This document shows positions 1 through 10,887 of a stretch of DNA of 64,000 nucleotides, piece after piece (positions within the stretch are counted from its first letter, which is position 1; every line of letters starts with the position of its first letter). The DNA is from a virus (lineage: Duplodnaviria > Heunggongvirae > Uroviricota > Caudoviricetes), in IMG/VR virus record IMGVR_UViG_2902146782_000003. The stretch is one strand, 5' to 3'. A program made the position numbers and the translations under genes. Under the pieces are notes generated by a model. It was not told where the DNA came from. It saw only the letters and a program-made list of their open reading frames with translations, and searched no databases.

Positions 1-144
1 TATTAGCTTGAATAACCTTTTCATCAAATCCAGACACATCTGCCTGAGCCTGTTTCATCTCGCGAACAACTTTGTCATAATCTTCAACATTCTTTCCAGC
101 ATTTTTTAATGCCTCAGAATTCTTTGACACAAAGTCATTTTGAG

Positions 145-3100
145 TTAACCGTTCAAAATCAGTATTTGCTTTTTTGGCTGCCTCAGCTGTTTCAGTAATT
201 CGATTTCCAATTTCTGTGTATGTATCGCTACCTTCAGAATATTGACTTTGTTTTTTTTATATCCAAGCAATTCTGCATTAATGGATTTTACTTCTTTTGC
301 CTTATCAATAGCATTATCGTATTGTTTGGCAATATCGGAATTTTTTATTGCAGCAGCTTGTTCATCAGCCTGCTTTTTAGATGCAGTAAGTTGAGCCTGA
401 GTTACTTTCATTCCATCTTGGATTTGCTTTAATTCAGATTCTGTATAACAAGTCTTAAGATTTTCTTTTAAAGTAGAAAATGAGTCAGCAGCTTCTTTAC
501 CAACGTCTCCAAGTTTTTTTGCATCAGCAATATATCCATCCAGTTTAGCAGAAGTAGATTGATAATTAGTTTCAAATTTGCTATTTAAACCAGCTAACGG
601 ACCAATCCATTTACCGTTTTCGATACTTTCGGTAAAATTATCAGAAGCATTTTTAGTGCCAATAACAACATTCTGCTTCCCTGTCAATCCCTGTTCCAGA
701 TTATGCACATAATTTAAAGCAGATTCACGAGCCTTATTTGAATCAAACTGCTCATTAATATCTGTGATTTGTTTTTGAACGTTCTCTAACCCAGCAGGAG
801 TAGTAATAGTAGATAAACTTTTTTGTATACCCTGAAGTTTTCCTGCAGCAATAGTACCAGCCTGTCCAAGAGATTCTATATCTGAAATCTGTTTAGAAAT
901 ATCCGTATTTAGTGTATCTTTTTTTACATTGAAATTATCACGATTTGTTTTACGAGTTGCAGATAGTGATCTGGCAGATTCAGCAGATCCTTTTCGAAGT
1001 GCTTGAGTAAAGTTCTGATACATATAATCGTTATCAGGAAGAGATGCATTTAATCTTGCAATTCTATGTAATTCAGATAAGTCTTGTTGATCAGATTTGA
1101 TATCATCTTGCAACTTCTTAAGAAGATTAGGATTCTGTTTATCAGTGGATTTATATTTCTCCGTATCAAGCTTCGCATAATTAGAGTTAATCTTTTTACT
1201 TAATTTAACAGCTTCTCCCTCAAGTTTCTCATAACTATCATAATATGCAATAGCATTTTCATATCCCTCAGCTAAGAGATTACCATTAGCATCGAACTGT
1301 TTTTTATATGTCTGAGTAAGGGTGTATATAGTTCTGTTGGTATCTTCATACACCTTAATATATTTTTGAGCGTCGCCAAATTCCCTTTGAGAAAGCTGTT
1401 TTAAACCATCTAATTCTGGAGGAGTAACAGGGGTTTCTGTTAAATTAGAATTACTATTTTTTAATCCAGATACAGTCTTGATTGCGACTTTTTCTTCAGA
1501 CTTAGCAATCTTATCATTACTATTTACAACAGCATCCGATTCTTTTTTCTTAGCTTTTATAATATCGTCAGCTGATTGATTAATAGCATCTGCAGCATTC
1601 GCAGACTCATTTACAGCATCATTATTTTTAATAGGAGCTAATTTTGGAGCAGAAACAACTTTATATTTAGGAGGAGTTGGCGGAGTAGATGGAGAAGCTG
1701 CGATCGCAGCAGCTTTCTTTTCAGATTTAGCGATTTTATCATTTGCAGCAACAACAGTGTCTGCTTCCTTTTCCTTAGCTTTTGCGACATCTTTACTTTG
1801 CTGAATCTGTTTTTCTTCTTTGTTTTCAAGAGCCGGTTGAGATTTTGGTTTAGAAGTATTTCCTTTAGAAGTTTCTTGAATAGATGGAATTCCTTTTAAA
1901 GTAAACCCTGAATGTCCATCTGCGCGAACCATATCCTCAAGTTGAGTTGCTTGATTTTCAACATCTTTGATGATTTGTACAATTTCATCAGTATCTCCAT
2001 TTGATTTGTTACGATTATTATATCGCATATTATTTACAGTAATAATTTTACGAGCCATTCCATCGAGTGAATCAAACATTTCAGGATACGCATCTCTTGT
2101 ATAACCTAAATCATGCAAAGAATCCTTAATTCCGAAAATTTGTCTACTTGTATTATATGCATGATCATATAGTGATTTAGCTTTTAATATACTGAAAGGA
2201 TCTTTACCAGTGATATTTTTAAAACTTGACGCAGGAAGTTGTGCTGCCAGCATCTTTATATAAGTCGTTCTGTAATTTTCACGAGCATTAGCATATTGAA
2301 AAGGAGATTTTCCATTTTTGTATGCTTCTTTTTTATCAATATATTCATCATATGCCCGCATTAATTCGCCTTCAAGAGACCCTAATTGATCAAGTAATTC
2401 TTGATCTTCTTTTTCTTTTGATTTTGCAGGTTTAGATGTTGTTGTCTTTGAAACTCTTTTTGCTTTCGGCTTTGCAGGTTTAGATTTAGACTCAATAGCA
2501 GAAGCAGGAGTAGATGCGGAAGTATCTTTCTCTTCAACATCTGTCTGAGCAGGAATAAACTCTTTCTTTTTAGCAGTTCTTTTTCTTGTTGTCTTCTTAG
2601 GCGCTGATTTTTCTTCTTTACTTTCTACAGCTTTCTGTTCATTTAATTGTTCCTGAACAGCCTGTTCAATTGCTTTTTGTTTTCCCCTTGCATCAATATC
2701 TTTATCATATTCTGATATATCAGATAGAAGAGCTTTATAAAATTCCTCATTGTTTATACCAGATCCGCCTTTAGCAAGATATGTTGATATAAGGCCAATG
2801 AATTTATTTTTTCTTCGTGTCTTTAATGAATCGTTAAGAGTTTCTGCTCTTTTCTTAATATCAGATATACTTCCTAATGCAATCTCACCAAATTGATCAT
2901 CTGCTAAAATATCTTTTTCAAGTTCTGCAAGATTCTTATTTATATATCTATTTACTAATTTAGAATAATCTTTTTTAGAAAGTTCTTCATTTTGTGATTT
3001 TTTAAATATGGCATCAAGATGGTTACTTGTAACACCAAGTTCTATCTTATGTGTTTGATTTGCAACGATTTTATCAATATTATCAGAAAATCCTGCTTTA

Positions 3101-3993
3101 TTTAATGATTGATTTAACAGATATTGAGCATAGTTATTTGGATCATAATCTGGATCATTTTTTTTGATACCCATTCCTAATAATCTACGCATTGTTTTAG
3201 AAGAGACATCCTGTTCAACAGGAATATTCCGTTTGTTTGTTTCTAATTGTTTATTTAACTGTTCAAATAAATCTGAAGCAATAACAATATTCTTACTTGT
3301 TTTTATTAATCCATTAAGTGCTTTATTATAATCTTCTAAAGATAACGAAGCATCAGGAGCAACAAGACTTTCAGATGGAGGAATAAATTTTCCTCTTTCA
3401 GACATTTCTTTTTTACTATCTAATAAATAACTACGAAGTCTGTATGCACTTTCAATTTGAGCACGTTCATTTTGAGATATATCGGACAATCCTTTTTTTT
3501 TAAGCTCTGTCATCATTGCCCTATGTTTGCTAGAAGATAGCTCAGGAATATTTGGTAAAAATTTATCCAAACTTGCAAGCGATGCCATTGATTTGGAAGT
3601 AATTCCCTGAAGCTTGCTATTCATTTTTGTAGCCGCTTTATTAATAACATTATTTAAATCTTTCGCTACAATATCATTAACAGCTTTTTTATCTATTAAG
3701 AACTCCACTTTTGCTTTTGCTGTCGGAAGGTTCTGAAGTGCTTTTATTTCAGAGGCGTCAAGTTTTAATTTAACTGGGGTCTCGATTGGTTTTGCCGCTT
3801 CCTTTTTTGCAGCTTCAACTTCTGACATATCGACTTTACCTTTAACTGTCAGTGTAACTTCCTTTCCGTTAAGTTTATCAAGTCCTTTTTTTAAATCCGC
3901 AACATCTTTTATTAAATCTTTTGTGCCTTTCTGTATTCCGTTAGCCATAAGTGTTACATCGGTATCTGTTTTTAATATAATATGATCGCCCAT
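145..3993 (-). CDS. Large tail tape-measure-like / virion coiled-coil protein (N-terminal part; probably continues past the left edge via a frameshift at ~251-258)
   Basis: 1282-aa K/E/A-rich coiled-coil ORF downstream of tail genes. An alternative frame (..KKQSQYSEGSDTYTEIG..) stays open from the A8 run at 251-258 to position 1. Confidence 0.6.
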   Translation of the reverse strand: MGDHIILKTDTDVTLMANGIQKGTKDLIKDVADLKKGLDKLNGKEVTLTVKGKVDMSEVEAAKKEAAKPIETPVKLKLDASEIKALQNLPTAKAKVEFLIDKKAVNDIVAKDLNNVINKAATKMNSKLQGITSKSMASLASLDKFLPNIPELSSSKHRAMMTELKKKGLSDISQNERAQIESAYRLRSYLLDSKKEMSERGKFIPPSESLVAPDASLSLEDYNKALNGLIKTSKNIVIASDLFEQLNKQLETNKRNIPVEQDVSSKTMRRLLGMGIKKNDPDYDPNNYAQYLLNQSLNKAGFSDNIDKIVANQTHKIELGVTSNHLDAIFKKSQNEELSKKDYSKLVNRYINKNLAELEKDILADDQFGEIALGSISDIKKRAETLNDSLKTRRKNKFIGLISTYLAKGGSGINNEEFYKALLSDISEYDKDIDARGKQKAIEQAVQEQLNEQKAVESKEEKSAPKKTTRKRTAKKKEFIPAQTDVEEKDTSASTPASAIESKSKPAKPKAKRVSKTTTSKPAKSKEKEDQELLDQLGSLEGELMRAYDEYIDKKEAYKNGKSPFQYANARENYRTTYIKMLAAQLPASSFKNITGKDPFSILKAKSLYDHAYNTSRQIFGIKDSLHDLGYTRDAYPEMFDSLDGMARKIITVNNMRYNNRNKSNGDTDEIVQIIKDVENQATQLEDMVRADGHSGFTLKGIPSIQETSKGNTSKPKSQPALENKEEKQIQQSKDVAKAKEKEADTVVAANDKIAKSEKKAAAIAASPSTPPTPPKYKVVSAPKLAPIKNNDAVNESANAADAINQSADDIIKAKKKESDAVVNSNDKIAKSEEKVAIKTVSGLKNSNSNLTETPVTPPELDGLKQLSQREFGDAQKYIKVYEDTNRTIYTLTQTYKKQFDANGNLLAEGYENAIAYYDSYEKLEGEAVKLSKKINSNYAKLDTEKYKSTDKQNPNLLKKLQDDIKSDQQDLSELHRIARLNASLPDNDYMYQNFTQALRKGSAESARSLSATRKTNRDNFNVKKDTLNTDISKQISDIESLGQAGTIAAGKLQGIQKSLSTITTPAGLENVQKQITDINEQFDSNKARESALNYVHNLEQGLTGKQNVVIGTKNASDNFTESIENGKWIGPLAGLNSKFETNYQSTSAKLDGYIADAKKLGDVGKEAADSFSTLKENLKTCYTESELKQIQDGMKVTQAQLTASKKQADEQAAAIKNSDIAKQYDNAIDKAKEVKSINAELLGYKKNKVNILKVAIHTQKLEIELLKQLRQPKKQILILNG

Positions 3994-3999
3994 TAATTA

Positions 4000-4551
4000 T
4001 CACCTCGTCCCATAAAGCAATCTAAAAAGTTCGTATTTACTTAAATATTTCTTAACAATTTGCACAACATGTTTTTCTTTTTCATGAGGACTACTATAAG
4101 ATTTTGCCCAATTTTGCATTGCACGTACTGGAGAGAAAGTTTTTACAGCAGGTCTAGTTTCGTGACTCCATTTATTAAGTGGACCGCGATATTTTGAACC
4201 GCCATGATATCCTTGTCTCATTGTTAAATTATATAATCCTGCATTATTTAAATGATGACCTCCTAAATGATCCTCGTTTAAATATATATCTATAGTATGT
4301 TCATCTAACATAGTAATATCGGCAGCTGATTTTAAACTATATAATCTATTATAATATAATGGTGAATATGAATTATACCAATTATTAATAATTTGACTAT
4401 ATGCACGTTTAGCGTCTTCGTATATTTTTTTTGTTTTTAAAGCAGAAAGCTCTTTTGCAATTTCTTTTTCTGAAGATTTTAAGCCATTTAAAAGTTCGTC
4501 TACAATAGCATTATAATGTTCTAATGTCATAGTAATTGTGGCCATACACAT
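4000..4551 (-). CDS. Hypothetical virion morphogenesis protein (tail module)
   Basis: 183-aa ORF with RBS; called from its position in the tail operon only. Confidence 0.5.
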   Translation of the reverse strand: MCMATITMTLEHYNAIVDELLNGLKSSEKEIAKELSALKTKKIYEDAKRAYSQIINNWYNSYSPLYYNRLYSLKSAADITMLDEHTIDIYLNEDHLGGHHLNNAGLYNLTMRQGYHGGSKYRGPLNKWSHETRPAVKTFSPVRAMQNWAKSYSSPHEKEKHVVQIVKKYLSKYELFRLLYGTR

Positions 4552-4571
4552 TCACCCCTATATAATTTAAT

Positions 4572-5150
4572 TTATTTTAAGTCAAGTTTAATTCTATTTT
4601 CAGTTATATATTTCATTAATTCAGAAATACCTTCATTGGCAAATACACCAACAGTGGTAGCAAATGCTTCTGTATATTTTGCAATATATGCATCAATAGT
4701 TTTATTTTCATCATGAAAATTATCCATAAGTAAACCGTTAATAGTCATAAGTTCATTTAATTCATGCTCACCAACAATGGCACAAATTTGATCTAATAAA
4801 CCATTTTCAAATAATAAATCATAATCTTGAAATGCATTTGTAGTACTATCATCAGTTTTTACTATGTTCAATTTTGTATATAAAATAAGGATAGTAGTAG
4901 TCATATTGATTTTAGATAAAAACATATCAATATACTGAACCCCGTTTTTTCCAGTGGTAATAGACTTATCAAGTATTGTCTGAAGAACAAGTTTCTTTTC
5001 TAAAACAGGGCAATATGTTCTCCAAATAATATTTCTAACAAATTCATCTCGCTGTTCATCTGTTTTCAAAAGATTATATCGTCTGATAAACTCTGGAACA
5101 TCAATTTTTCTTTCAATTGTATCTGAATTAACTTTATTTATTTCGCTCAT
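4572..5150 (-). CDS. Hypothetical protein (possible tail assembly chaperone)
   Basis: 192-aa ORF with AGGAG RBS, upstream of the tape-measure-like gene. Confidence 0.5.
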   Translation of the reverse strand: MSEINKVNSDTIERKIDVPEFIRRYNLLKTDEQRDEFVRNIIWRTYCPVLEKKLVLQTILDKSITTGKNGVQYIDMFLSKINMTTTILILYTKLNIVKTDDSTTNAFQDYDLLFENGLLDQICAIVGEHELNELMTINGLLMDNFHDENKTIDAYIAKYTEAFATTVGVFANEGISELMKYITENRIKLDLK

Positions 5151-5164
5151 AATGAATCTCCTTT

Positions 5165-5623
5165 TTATTCCTTATTTTCTGTATGTTCATGTATGATAAA
5201 TTCAAATTCTGTTCTTGGATTTTCTTTATCGTATCCGGTTTTTAAAGTGAGAGAGTGCAGATGCTTTTCATCATCATCTACAATAGTTCTAGCCTCAGTT
5301 AACCCATCTAAAATAAACTTAGGAATTTGATTATCTACGTCATGTCGTCTTTTTGTATTAAAAAAGACAGTTACAATGAGATCAAAATCATCTAACTGCC
5401 TATTATCCATTTTATTTATTTTTACCCAGAATTTTACGAATTCCTTCCACTTTTGTTTTAACGCATTCATCTGTATACGTGGTAAGATCATCCAAGTATT
5501 AATCGAAGGGTGCCAAGGTTTTTCAATAGGAATTTTCTTGGCTCTTGGATGTTCTAAAAAATAATACTTTGTATATAAATCTAATGTCTTTTGATCAATT
5601 GTCAATATAATTGATTTATCCAT
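5165..5623 (-). CDS. rusA: RusA-like Holliday junction resolvase
   Basis: Motif RRHDVDN..PKFILDGL....IVDDD typical of RusA. Confidence 0.8.
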   Translation of the reverse strand: MDKSIILTIDQKTLDLYTKYYFLEHPRAKKIPIEKPWHPSINTWMILPRIQMNALKQKWKEFVKFWVKINKMDNRQLDDFDLIVTVFFNTKRRHDVDNQIPKFILDGLTEARTIVDDDEKHLHSLTLKTGYDKENPRTEFEFIIHEHTENKE

Positions 5624-5627
5624 ATAT

Positions 5628-5888
5628 TTAAACCTCTTTTACTAATTCATAACTGATAACAACCGGAATAATAATCAATCCTGCATTAGTATCATGAGTG
5701 TCATGTTCGTAGTATTTTATTACAGTCTCTGCAATAGCATAAGATGAGCATTTAGTAGCGTTGTCAATATCTGTTACAAAACTGTATTCAATTTTTTGCA
5801 ATTTCTTTTTGAGATATGTTGGTTTGCCAGAAACAGTAGTGGCAATAACATATCTTAGAACTTGTTTATCTAAAATTTTTTCTTTCAT
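5628..5888 (-). CDS. Hypothetical protein
   Basis: 86-aa ORF with GGAG RBS, in operon. Confidence 0.6.
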   Translation of the reverse strand: MKEKILDKQVLRYVIATTVSGKPTYLKKKLQKIEYSFVTDIDNATKCSSYAIAETVIKYYEHDTHDTNAGLIIIPVVISYELVKEV

Positions 5889-5900
5889 GTAGAGTTCTCC

Positions 5901-6122
5901 TTATTCAAGTGTATGATTAAGCCATTGCTGAAACAGCTCTTTGGTTTCTTCAATTAAAAAGATGTAAACAATAATATCTTTTCCGTCATCCGTAACACTT
6001 GGATACATATCTATCGGAAATACTCTATGTTTAATATATAAATCACGCTGCTTCGGATTTATAATCCTGCAGACTTCTTTCTCCGTATAATCACGCGGCT
6101 TCAAATTTGATTGTATTCTCAT
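5901..6122 (-). CDS. Hypothetical protein (start reassigned to MRIQSN)
   Basis: AAGGAG RBS before ATG 6122; the longer track start runs through a terminator. Confidence 0.6.
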   Translation of the reverse strand: MRIQSNLKPRDYTEKEVCRIINPKQRDLYIKHRVFPIDMYPSVTDDGKDIIVYIFLIEETKELFQQWLNHTLE

Positions 6123-6145
6123 AATCCTTTTACTCCTTAAAAGTG

Positions 6146-6187
6146 AAAAAAGGGGTAGTCTCGAATAGTGAGACATACCCCTAAAAA
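6146..6187 (-). terminator. Intrinsic terminator
   Basis: GGGGTA-TGTCTC/GAGAC-TACCCC stem followed by a T run on the minus strand. Confidence 0.7.
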
Positions 6188-6202
6188 ATCACTATTCAAA
6201 TA

Positions 6203-6595
6203 CTATTTACGTTTTCTTGTACGTACTGGTTTACGAGTTTCAATTTCCTCGCTGTTTTCTTCGTCAACTACAGAATCCGGCTCAACAATATCTTTTTCTG
6301 AGATCTTCTGTAATTTAATATCAGCAGTTTCTTTCTGAATTTTTGCAATCATTTTCTGATTTACTTCATGAAATTTACTGACATCAGACATATCACAATC
6401 TTTCATTCTTTCAGAAGCTTCTCTAGCTGTAATGTTTTCAGCATTATATTCTGTTAATGTATTAAAGATTGTTCTGCAATTATCGCTGCAATAAATCTCC
6501 ATCCATCTTGGAAGATGGTCGAATTCTTCACAGCGACTACAATATGTATATGTTTTTCCGCATAAAATGCATTTCTTGTTATTTTTCTTAACCAT
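6203..6595 (-). CDS. Hypothetical Zn-finger protein (CxxC..CxxC..CxxxC)
   Basis: AAGGAGG RBS before ATG 6595; Cys pattern CILC/CSRC/CSDNC. Confidence 0.6.
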   Translation of the reverse strand: MVKKNNKKCILCGKTYTYCSRCEEFDHLPRWMEIYCSDNCRTIFNTLTEYNAENITAREASERMKDCDMSDVSKFHEVNQKMIAKIQKETADIKLQKISEKDIVEPDSVVDEENSEEIETRKPVRTRKRK

Positions 6596-6684
6596 GTTTT
6601 CCTCCTTGAATATGGATAGTAAAACAGCCGGTATGCTATGACACATACCGACCGTAATTAGAATAATATTATATTATCTAATGA

Positions 6685-7464
6685 TTATTCTTCGTCTTCA
6701 TCAGCCCAATAAATGTGATAAAGAGCTTTATCAGCAGAGCAGTAATCTACCTGAAGAGATCCAGAGTAAGCAAGCTGTCCGTCAGTTGTCAGAGAGATTT
6801 CAATTTCAGGAGATACCTGGAATGATGGAAGTACAATATACACTCCTTTAAGAACGTCAGAATGACATGGATCAACAGCAAGAGCCTTTAAAGTAAGCTT
6901 TACTGTCTGTGGGAACTTATCTGCCTTATTAGTAATAGCAACACCAGATTCAACTTCTCTTTCATACATAACGATGTAAGTATCTACGCCTGCAGCTGTA
7001 GGTGGTGTAAATTCTCCCCCTTCTGTAAGAGCGTATTTATCTGTTGCAGCAGCAGTATCCTTCTCAAATGCTTCACCCATAGAACCATTTGCGCTGAATG
7101 CATTAACTTTTACAGTACCATCAACAACTCCTGTTAATGTTGCTTTTGCACCAGCTTTTACAGTAATAATTTTTGGCATTTTAATTTTATTAGTAGAAGA
7201 AGCAGTTCTTTTACCTTCGCCAGACGCAGCGCCAATAACGTTCAGGTTAATCATTGCATTATTTGCAGTAAACTCACCTGTTTTAGCCTTCCAGAAACGT
7301 TTGATCAGGTTACCCTGATTATCTGTTGCATCTGTTGACTCAGCACTGATATTAATAGTTGCATCCTGAAGCTGAGTTAATGCATATAATGGATTTCCGC
7401 TAAGATCTTCAGCATATCCATACTGAACACGATCAATTACAATATCATCTAATGTAAATCCCAT
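6685..7464 (-). CDS. Putative major tail (tube) protein
   Basis: 259-aa, beta-rich, T/A/G-rich protein downstream of head-completion genes; strong RBS. Confidence 0.6.
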   Translation of the reverse strand: MGFTLDDIVIDRVQYGYAEDLSGNPLYALTQLQDATINISAESTDATDNQGNLIKRFWKAKTGEFTANNAMINLNVIGAASGEGKRTASSTNKIKMPKIITVKAGAKATLTGVVDGTVKVNAFSANGSMGEAFEKDTAAATDKYALTEGGEFTPPTAAGVDTYIVMYEREVESGVAITNKADKFPQTVKLTLKALAVDPCHSDVLKGVYIVLPSFQVSPEIEISLTTDGQLAYSGSLQVDYCSADKALYHIYWADEDEE

Positions 7465-7500
7465 TATGATTTCCTCCTTTAAAATTTTTGTATATAGAAA

Positions 7501-8277
7501 TTAATTTTTGAGAGAAATTTCTCTCATGAAATTAAGTTCATTCTTATCAATCTTTGAAGCGTCAACAAAGCCGCTATAAATACCCTTAAGTAGAGCAGTA
7601 GAAGATTCATAAACTTGTAATCTTTGAACACTGTCCATAAATTCAACAATGCCAACTTCACGTAATTCATTTTTTTTATATTTGAAACCGGGATGATTAA
7701 GACAAGTAGATATGAGTGGTAGAAGAGTGGATTTGTAAACATCATTTTTGTGTTGTTCGAAGCTCATGCGATCTTCTTCAATCATCCATTCTTTTGTAGA
7801 TTTTCCCCTGGCTTTTTCCACTTTTGGGTAAGTGTTGAACATAGCTCTTAAATATGAAGCCATCTGTAGATATGCGGCTTCATCTATCTGAACATTTTGT
7901 TCTTCATTAAGCAAATAAAAAAACGGTTCCCCGTCTTCTGTTTGTGTTTGTTGCAATTGAAATAATTGGAAATTCAAGTCACCGAATAGTAACTTTGTAG
8001 ATTTTGAGTCTATACTTGGAACAAGCATACAAAACAAAGAAAAATCAGACATTTTATTCCAATCAATACCAAGATCCCATAATTGCATGCGATACATAGT
8101 AGGATTGGCAATAAAAATATTTATAGTAGAATAAATCTTTTTCTCACCACTTTTTATGATGTCTCCTATTGTAGGTTGATTAATTATAATGTCATTATAT
8201 GTGTCATTTTCGATAACAAATGGTTCACCAAAATATAATTTCAGTGCATCAATTTCAGATTCTTTGGAAATTGTCAT
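7501..8277 (-). CDS. Hypothetical tail-module protein
   Basis: 258-aa ORF in the structural operon. Confidence 0.55.
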   Translation of the reverse strand: MTISKESEIDALKLYFGEPFVIENDTYNDIIINQPTIGDIIKSGEKKIYSTINIFIANPTMYRMQLWDLGIDWNKMSDFSLFCMLVPSIDSKSTKLLFGDLNFQLFQLQQTQTEDGEPFFYLLNEEQNVQIDEAAYLQMASYLRAMFNTYPKVEKARGKSTKEWMIEEDRMSFEQHKNDVYKSTLLPLISTCLNHPGFKYKKNELREVGIVEFMDSVQRLQVYESSTALLKGIYSGFVDASKIDKNELNFMREISLKN

Positions 8278-8866
8278 ATTTGTTATTCATCCCTGCATAT
8301 AAATTATTAGGACATTCAATTTCAAATTTCAACGTTCTACAATAATACCTAGAGTCAATAATATCTCCATAATCATCTATACATTTAAGTTGATTTCCCA
8401 AAGAATTCGTCCAACATAAAAGATCTTTTACGATATAACTCAATAAGTCTGTTCGTACAATCCCATATTCTGTATCAAGATCATCTTCATGAACTAAACA
8501 CATAACTATAAGTGTTTGTATTTTCATAGCCTTATTGTAATATGATGTATCAGTATCATTTATATCAAACATAATAAAATTTAATACTTCTTTTATTAAT
8601 ACCATTCAGTTTTAATATAGGAAGAATTTGCTTCTTATCAACTCGTTTATTATATTCAATGATTAAATTTCGCTCATTTAGTTCTTGAGCTGTGGGATTA
8701 TTTTTATCTGTATATTTATTCAACGGGCGTTTATCTTTTTTTCCTAAAATTTCATTAAGATCAGGATCCTCATTGAATAGTTTTAACAGTTTATCTTTTT
8801 ATAAATAATGTCATTATTTTTCTTATTTTCAAGATCTCGTGTAATATGTGATATATCTCTATTCAT
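8255..8866 (-). CDS. Head-tail joining/tail-terminator-like protein, interrupted by two 1-nt frameshifts
   Basis: ATG 8866 overlaps the upstream stop. The frame is restored by +1 A at 8796-8800 and -1 A at 8591-8594, joining the 8255-8605 track ORF. Confidence 0.5.
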
Positions 8867-10064
8867 CTAATTGCACCTCCACTTCAATAGAAGAATGATT
8901 GTCTCCATTATTATCTGTGGCTGATAAATTAAATCTTTTACCTATTAAACTATGAGCTTTTCCAGGCTTAAGTGATATAGTGACATTATCCATTACAGTC
9001 AATTTTATTAATCCTTCATAATATGATTTTTCTTCTTCTGTATATTCGGAATTTTTGTCAACAAGACTAATATTCCATTCAGAAGTAAGATCGGCATAAG
9101 GAAGTTTATATTCAAAATATGAATTTTTTCCAATATAAAGAAACTGTTTTGAACGGTCCAATAATGGCTCGATTTCACCATCGTCATTTAGATACATCCA
9201 TTCAATTTGTGAACTTGTAATCATTGTTTGAGGTTTCTGAATAATCTCTGTTTTTTGATCACCAGAACCTTTATAATAATTGCAAATTCTAAGTTGCACA
9301 TTATCAACTTTTTTATTCAATTCATCTTGTTTTATGGAAAGTTTAATTACTCCAGAAGGATTAAGATCTATTATTTTTGTGACCTGATAGACTTTTGGGT
9401 CAAGAATGTTATTCGTAAGCATAAAACGTTGTTCGTGCATAATAGTACGATCGTCACTAAGTCCTAAATCATATAAATTATTACCATACGCATAATAAAT
9501 ATCTGGAAGCCATGCAGCTGTCAGATTATCAAGCGAAGATGTATATTGATCATCCCAACGACCGCTTGTGTAGCTATTAGCTGATCTATTTGAACCCCAA
9601 CATTTATATAATTTGTTATCGTAAATCCATTGAAATTTCCAATTACATTTTAATATATTATATCTAACAAAAGCATTCGCATCATCTCTACCGACAATAA
9701 ACCACAGTTGTGTAATTCTTTCGTCTGGAAGTGAGAGCGGATTATCAAGTTCGTGCCCAGATATGTTAATATCGAAGTCAGTATCATCAGGAACAAACAC
9801 ATAACTTCCTATTGGATAATGTACTTTAGGCCGAAATTGTAAATAATAATCCACTGCATCTTTAAGAATGGAAAGCTTGGCATGACGTTGATATTTAGCA
9901 TCTTCCCATTTCCATCCATCTTTTGTTAAAATATAAACTCTTTTATATTGTGCATCGGCAGTAAAAGAATTATTCATAATTGCATCAGACTGATTTTTCT
10001 TTACCTGAGCTAGATTACTGCCATATGATGACAAATAATTTTTGTACATTTCTGCAGTAACCAT
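8859..10064 (-). CDS. Putative head-closure/connector virion protein
   Basis: 401-aa ORF between capsid and tail genes; positional call. Confidence 0.5.
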   Translation of the reverse strand: MVTAEMYKNYLSSYGSNLAQVKKNQSDAIMNNSFTADAQYKRVYILTKDGWKWEDAKYQRHAKLSILKDAVDYYLQFRPKVHYPIGSYVFVPDDTDFDINISGHELDNPLSLPDERITQLWFIVGRDDANAFVRYNILKCNWKFQWIYDNKLYKCWGSNRSANSYTSGRWDDQYTSSLDNLTAAWLPDIYYAYGNNLYDLGLSDDRTIMHEQRFMLTNNILDPKVYQVTKIIDLNPSGVIKLSIKQDELNKKVDNVQLRICNYYKGSGDQKTEIIQKPQTMITSSQIEWMYLNDDGEIEPLLDRSKQFLYIGKNSYFEYKLPYADLTSEWNISLVDKNSEYTEEEKSYYEGLIKLTVMDNVTISLKPGKAHSLIGKRFNLSATDNNGDNHSSIEVEVQLDE

Positions 10065-10068
10065 AGAA

Positions 10069-10401
10069 TCAACTCCTAGAATTAATTTTGTCTACTAACG
10101 AATGCGCATCTAGTATCAATTTTCGGTAAGAACGATAATTAAAATCATCACTTCTTGTCTCATTGAGAGCCGCCTGTAATAAACTCATAATTGCTACAAT
10201 TTCTACAGGATAGAAGAGAAGAGTATTCAAACCATCGATTTTCTTCATTAAATTGATAAAATATTTTTCAAAGTCAACATTTTTAAATTCATCTTTTGTT
10301 TTTGGATCCTTATATAAAAGAAGCCAAAACATTTCTTTGTGTAATTTTTCCTTATATTCTTCAATTTGTAAATCATCAAAATGTCCGTAAATTGTATCCA
10401 T
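10069..10401 (-). CDS. Hypothetical structural-operon protein
   Basis: 110-aa ORF translationally coupled to its neighbours. Confidence 0.55.
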   Translation of the reverse strand: MDTIYGHFDDLQIEEYKEKLHKEMFWLLLYKDPKTKDEFKNVDFEKYFINLMKKIDGLNTLLFYPVEIVAIMSLLQAALNETRSDDFNYRSYRKLILDAHSLVDKINSRS

Positions 10402-10870
10402 TATGTATTACTTCCATCCAGATAACTATTCCATATATAACCTCTATCTTTAATCAAGTTCTTCTGTTCCTTGATTAATGATTTTTTAAATCTTTTAAAC
10501 CATTTAAATGATTAGTCTGAGAATAAAATTTTTCCTCAGAAGATCCAAATACCTGCTGAATATTATTCAGGCTGTTAATTTTGGGTGTAATCCATTCAAT
10601 TACCATACCTATACCTAAGATATCAGTTATAAATTCTGCATCAAAATCATCATCAACAGAATATTTCATTATATATGTCAATTCCTGAACTGTATCTCCA
10701 AGTTTCAATTCAGAAAAAAGTCTTCGAATATAAGGTTTATTTATTGATGCATGTAAATATTCCGGCATAAAAACCGCACTTACATCATCTTCACGATATT
10801 GTAAAATATCATAAGCTTCTGCTTTTAATCGAAATTTTGAGTATATTTCTTCGTAATTTAGAGAAGGCAT
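10401..10870 (-). CDS. Putative head-tail adaptor, frameshifted at A6 10482-10487
   Basis: Adding one A extends the track ORF (10475-10870) with ..SLIKEQKNLIKDRGYIWNSYLDGSNT to a TAA overlapping the next ATG. Confidence 0.5.
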
Positions 10871-10887
10871 AATATACCTCCTTATTT

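Noticed and set aside
1500-1790. Internal repeat (..NDKIAKSE..) in the tape-measure-like gene
   Set aside because: Ordinary intragenic peptide duplication in a coiled-coil protein; no sign of a DGR target or mobile element
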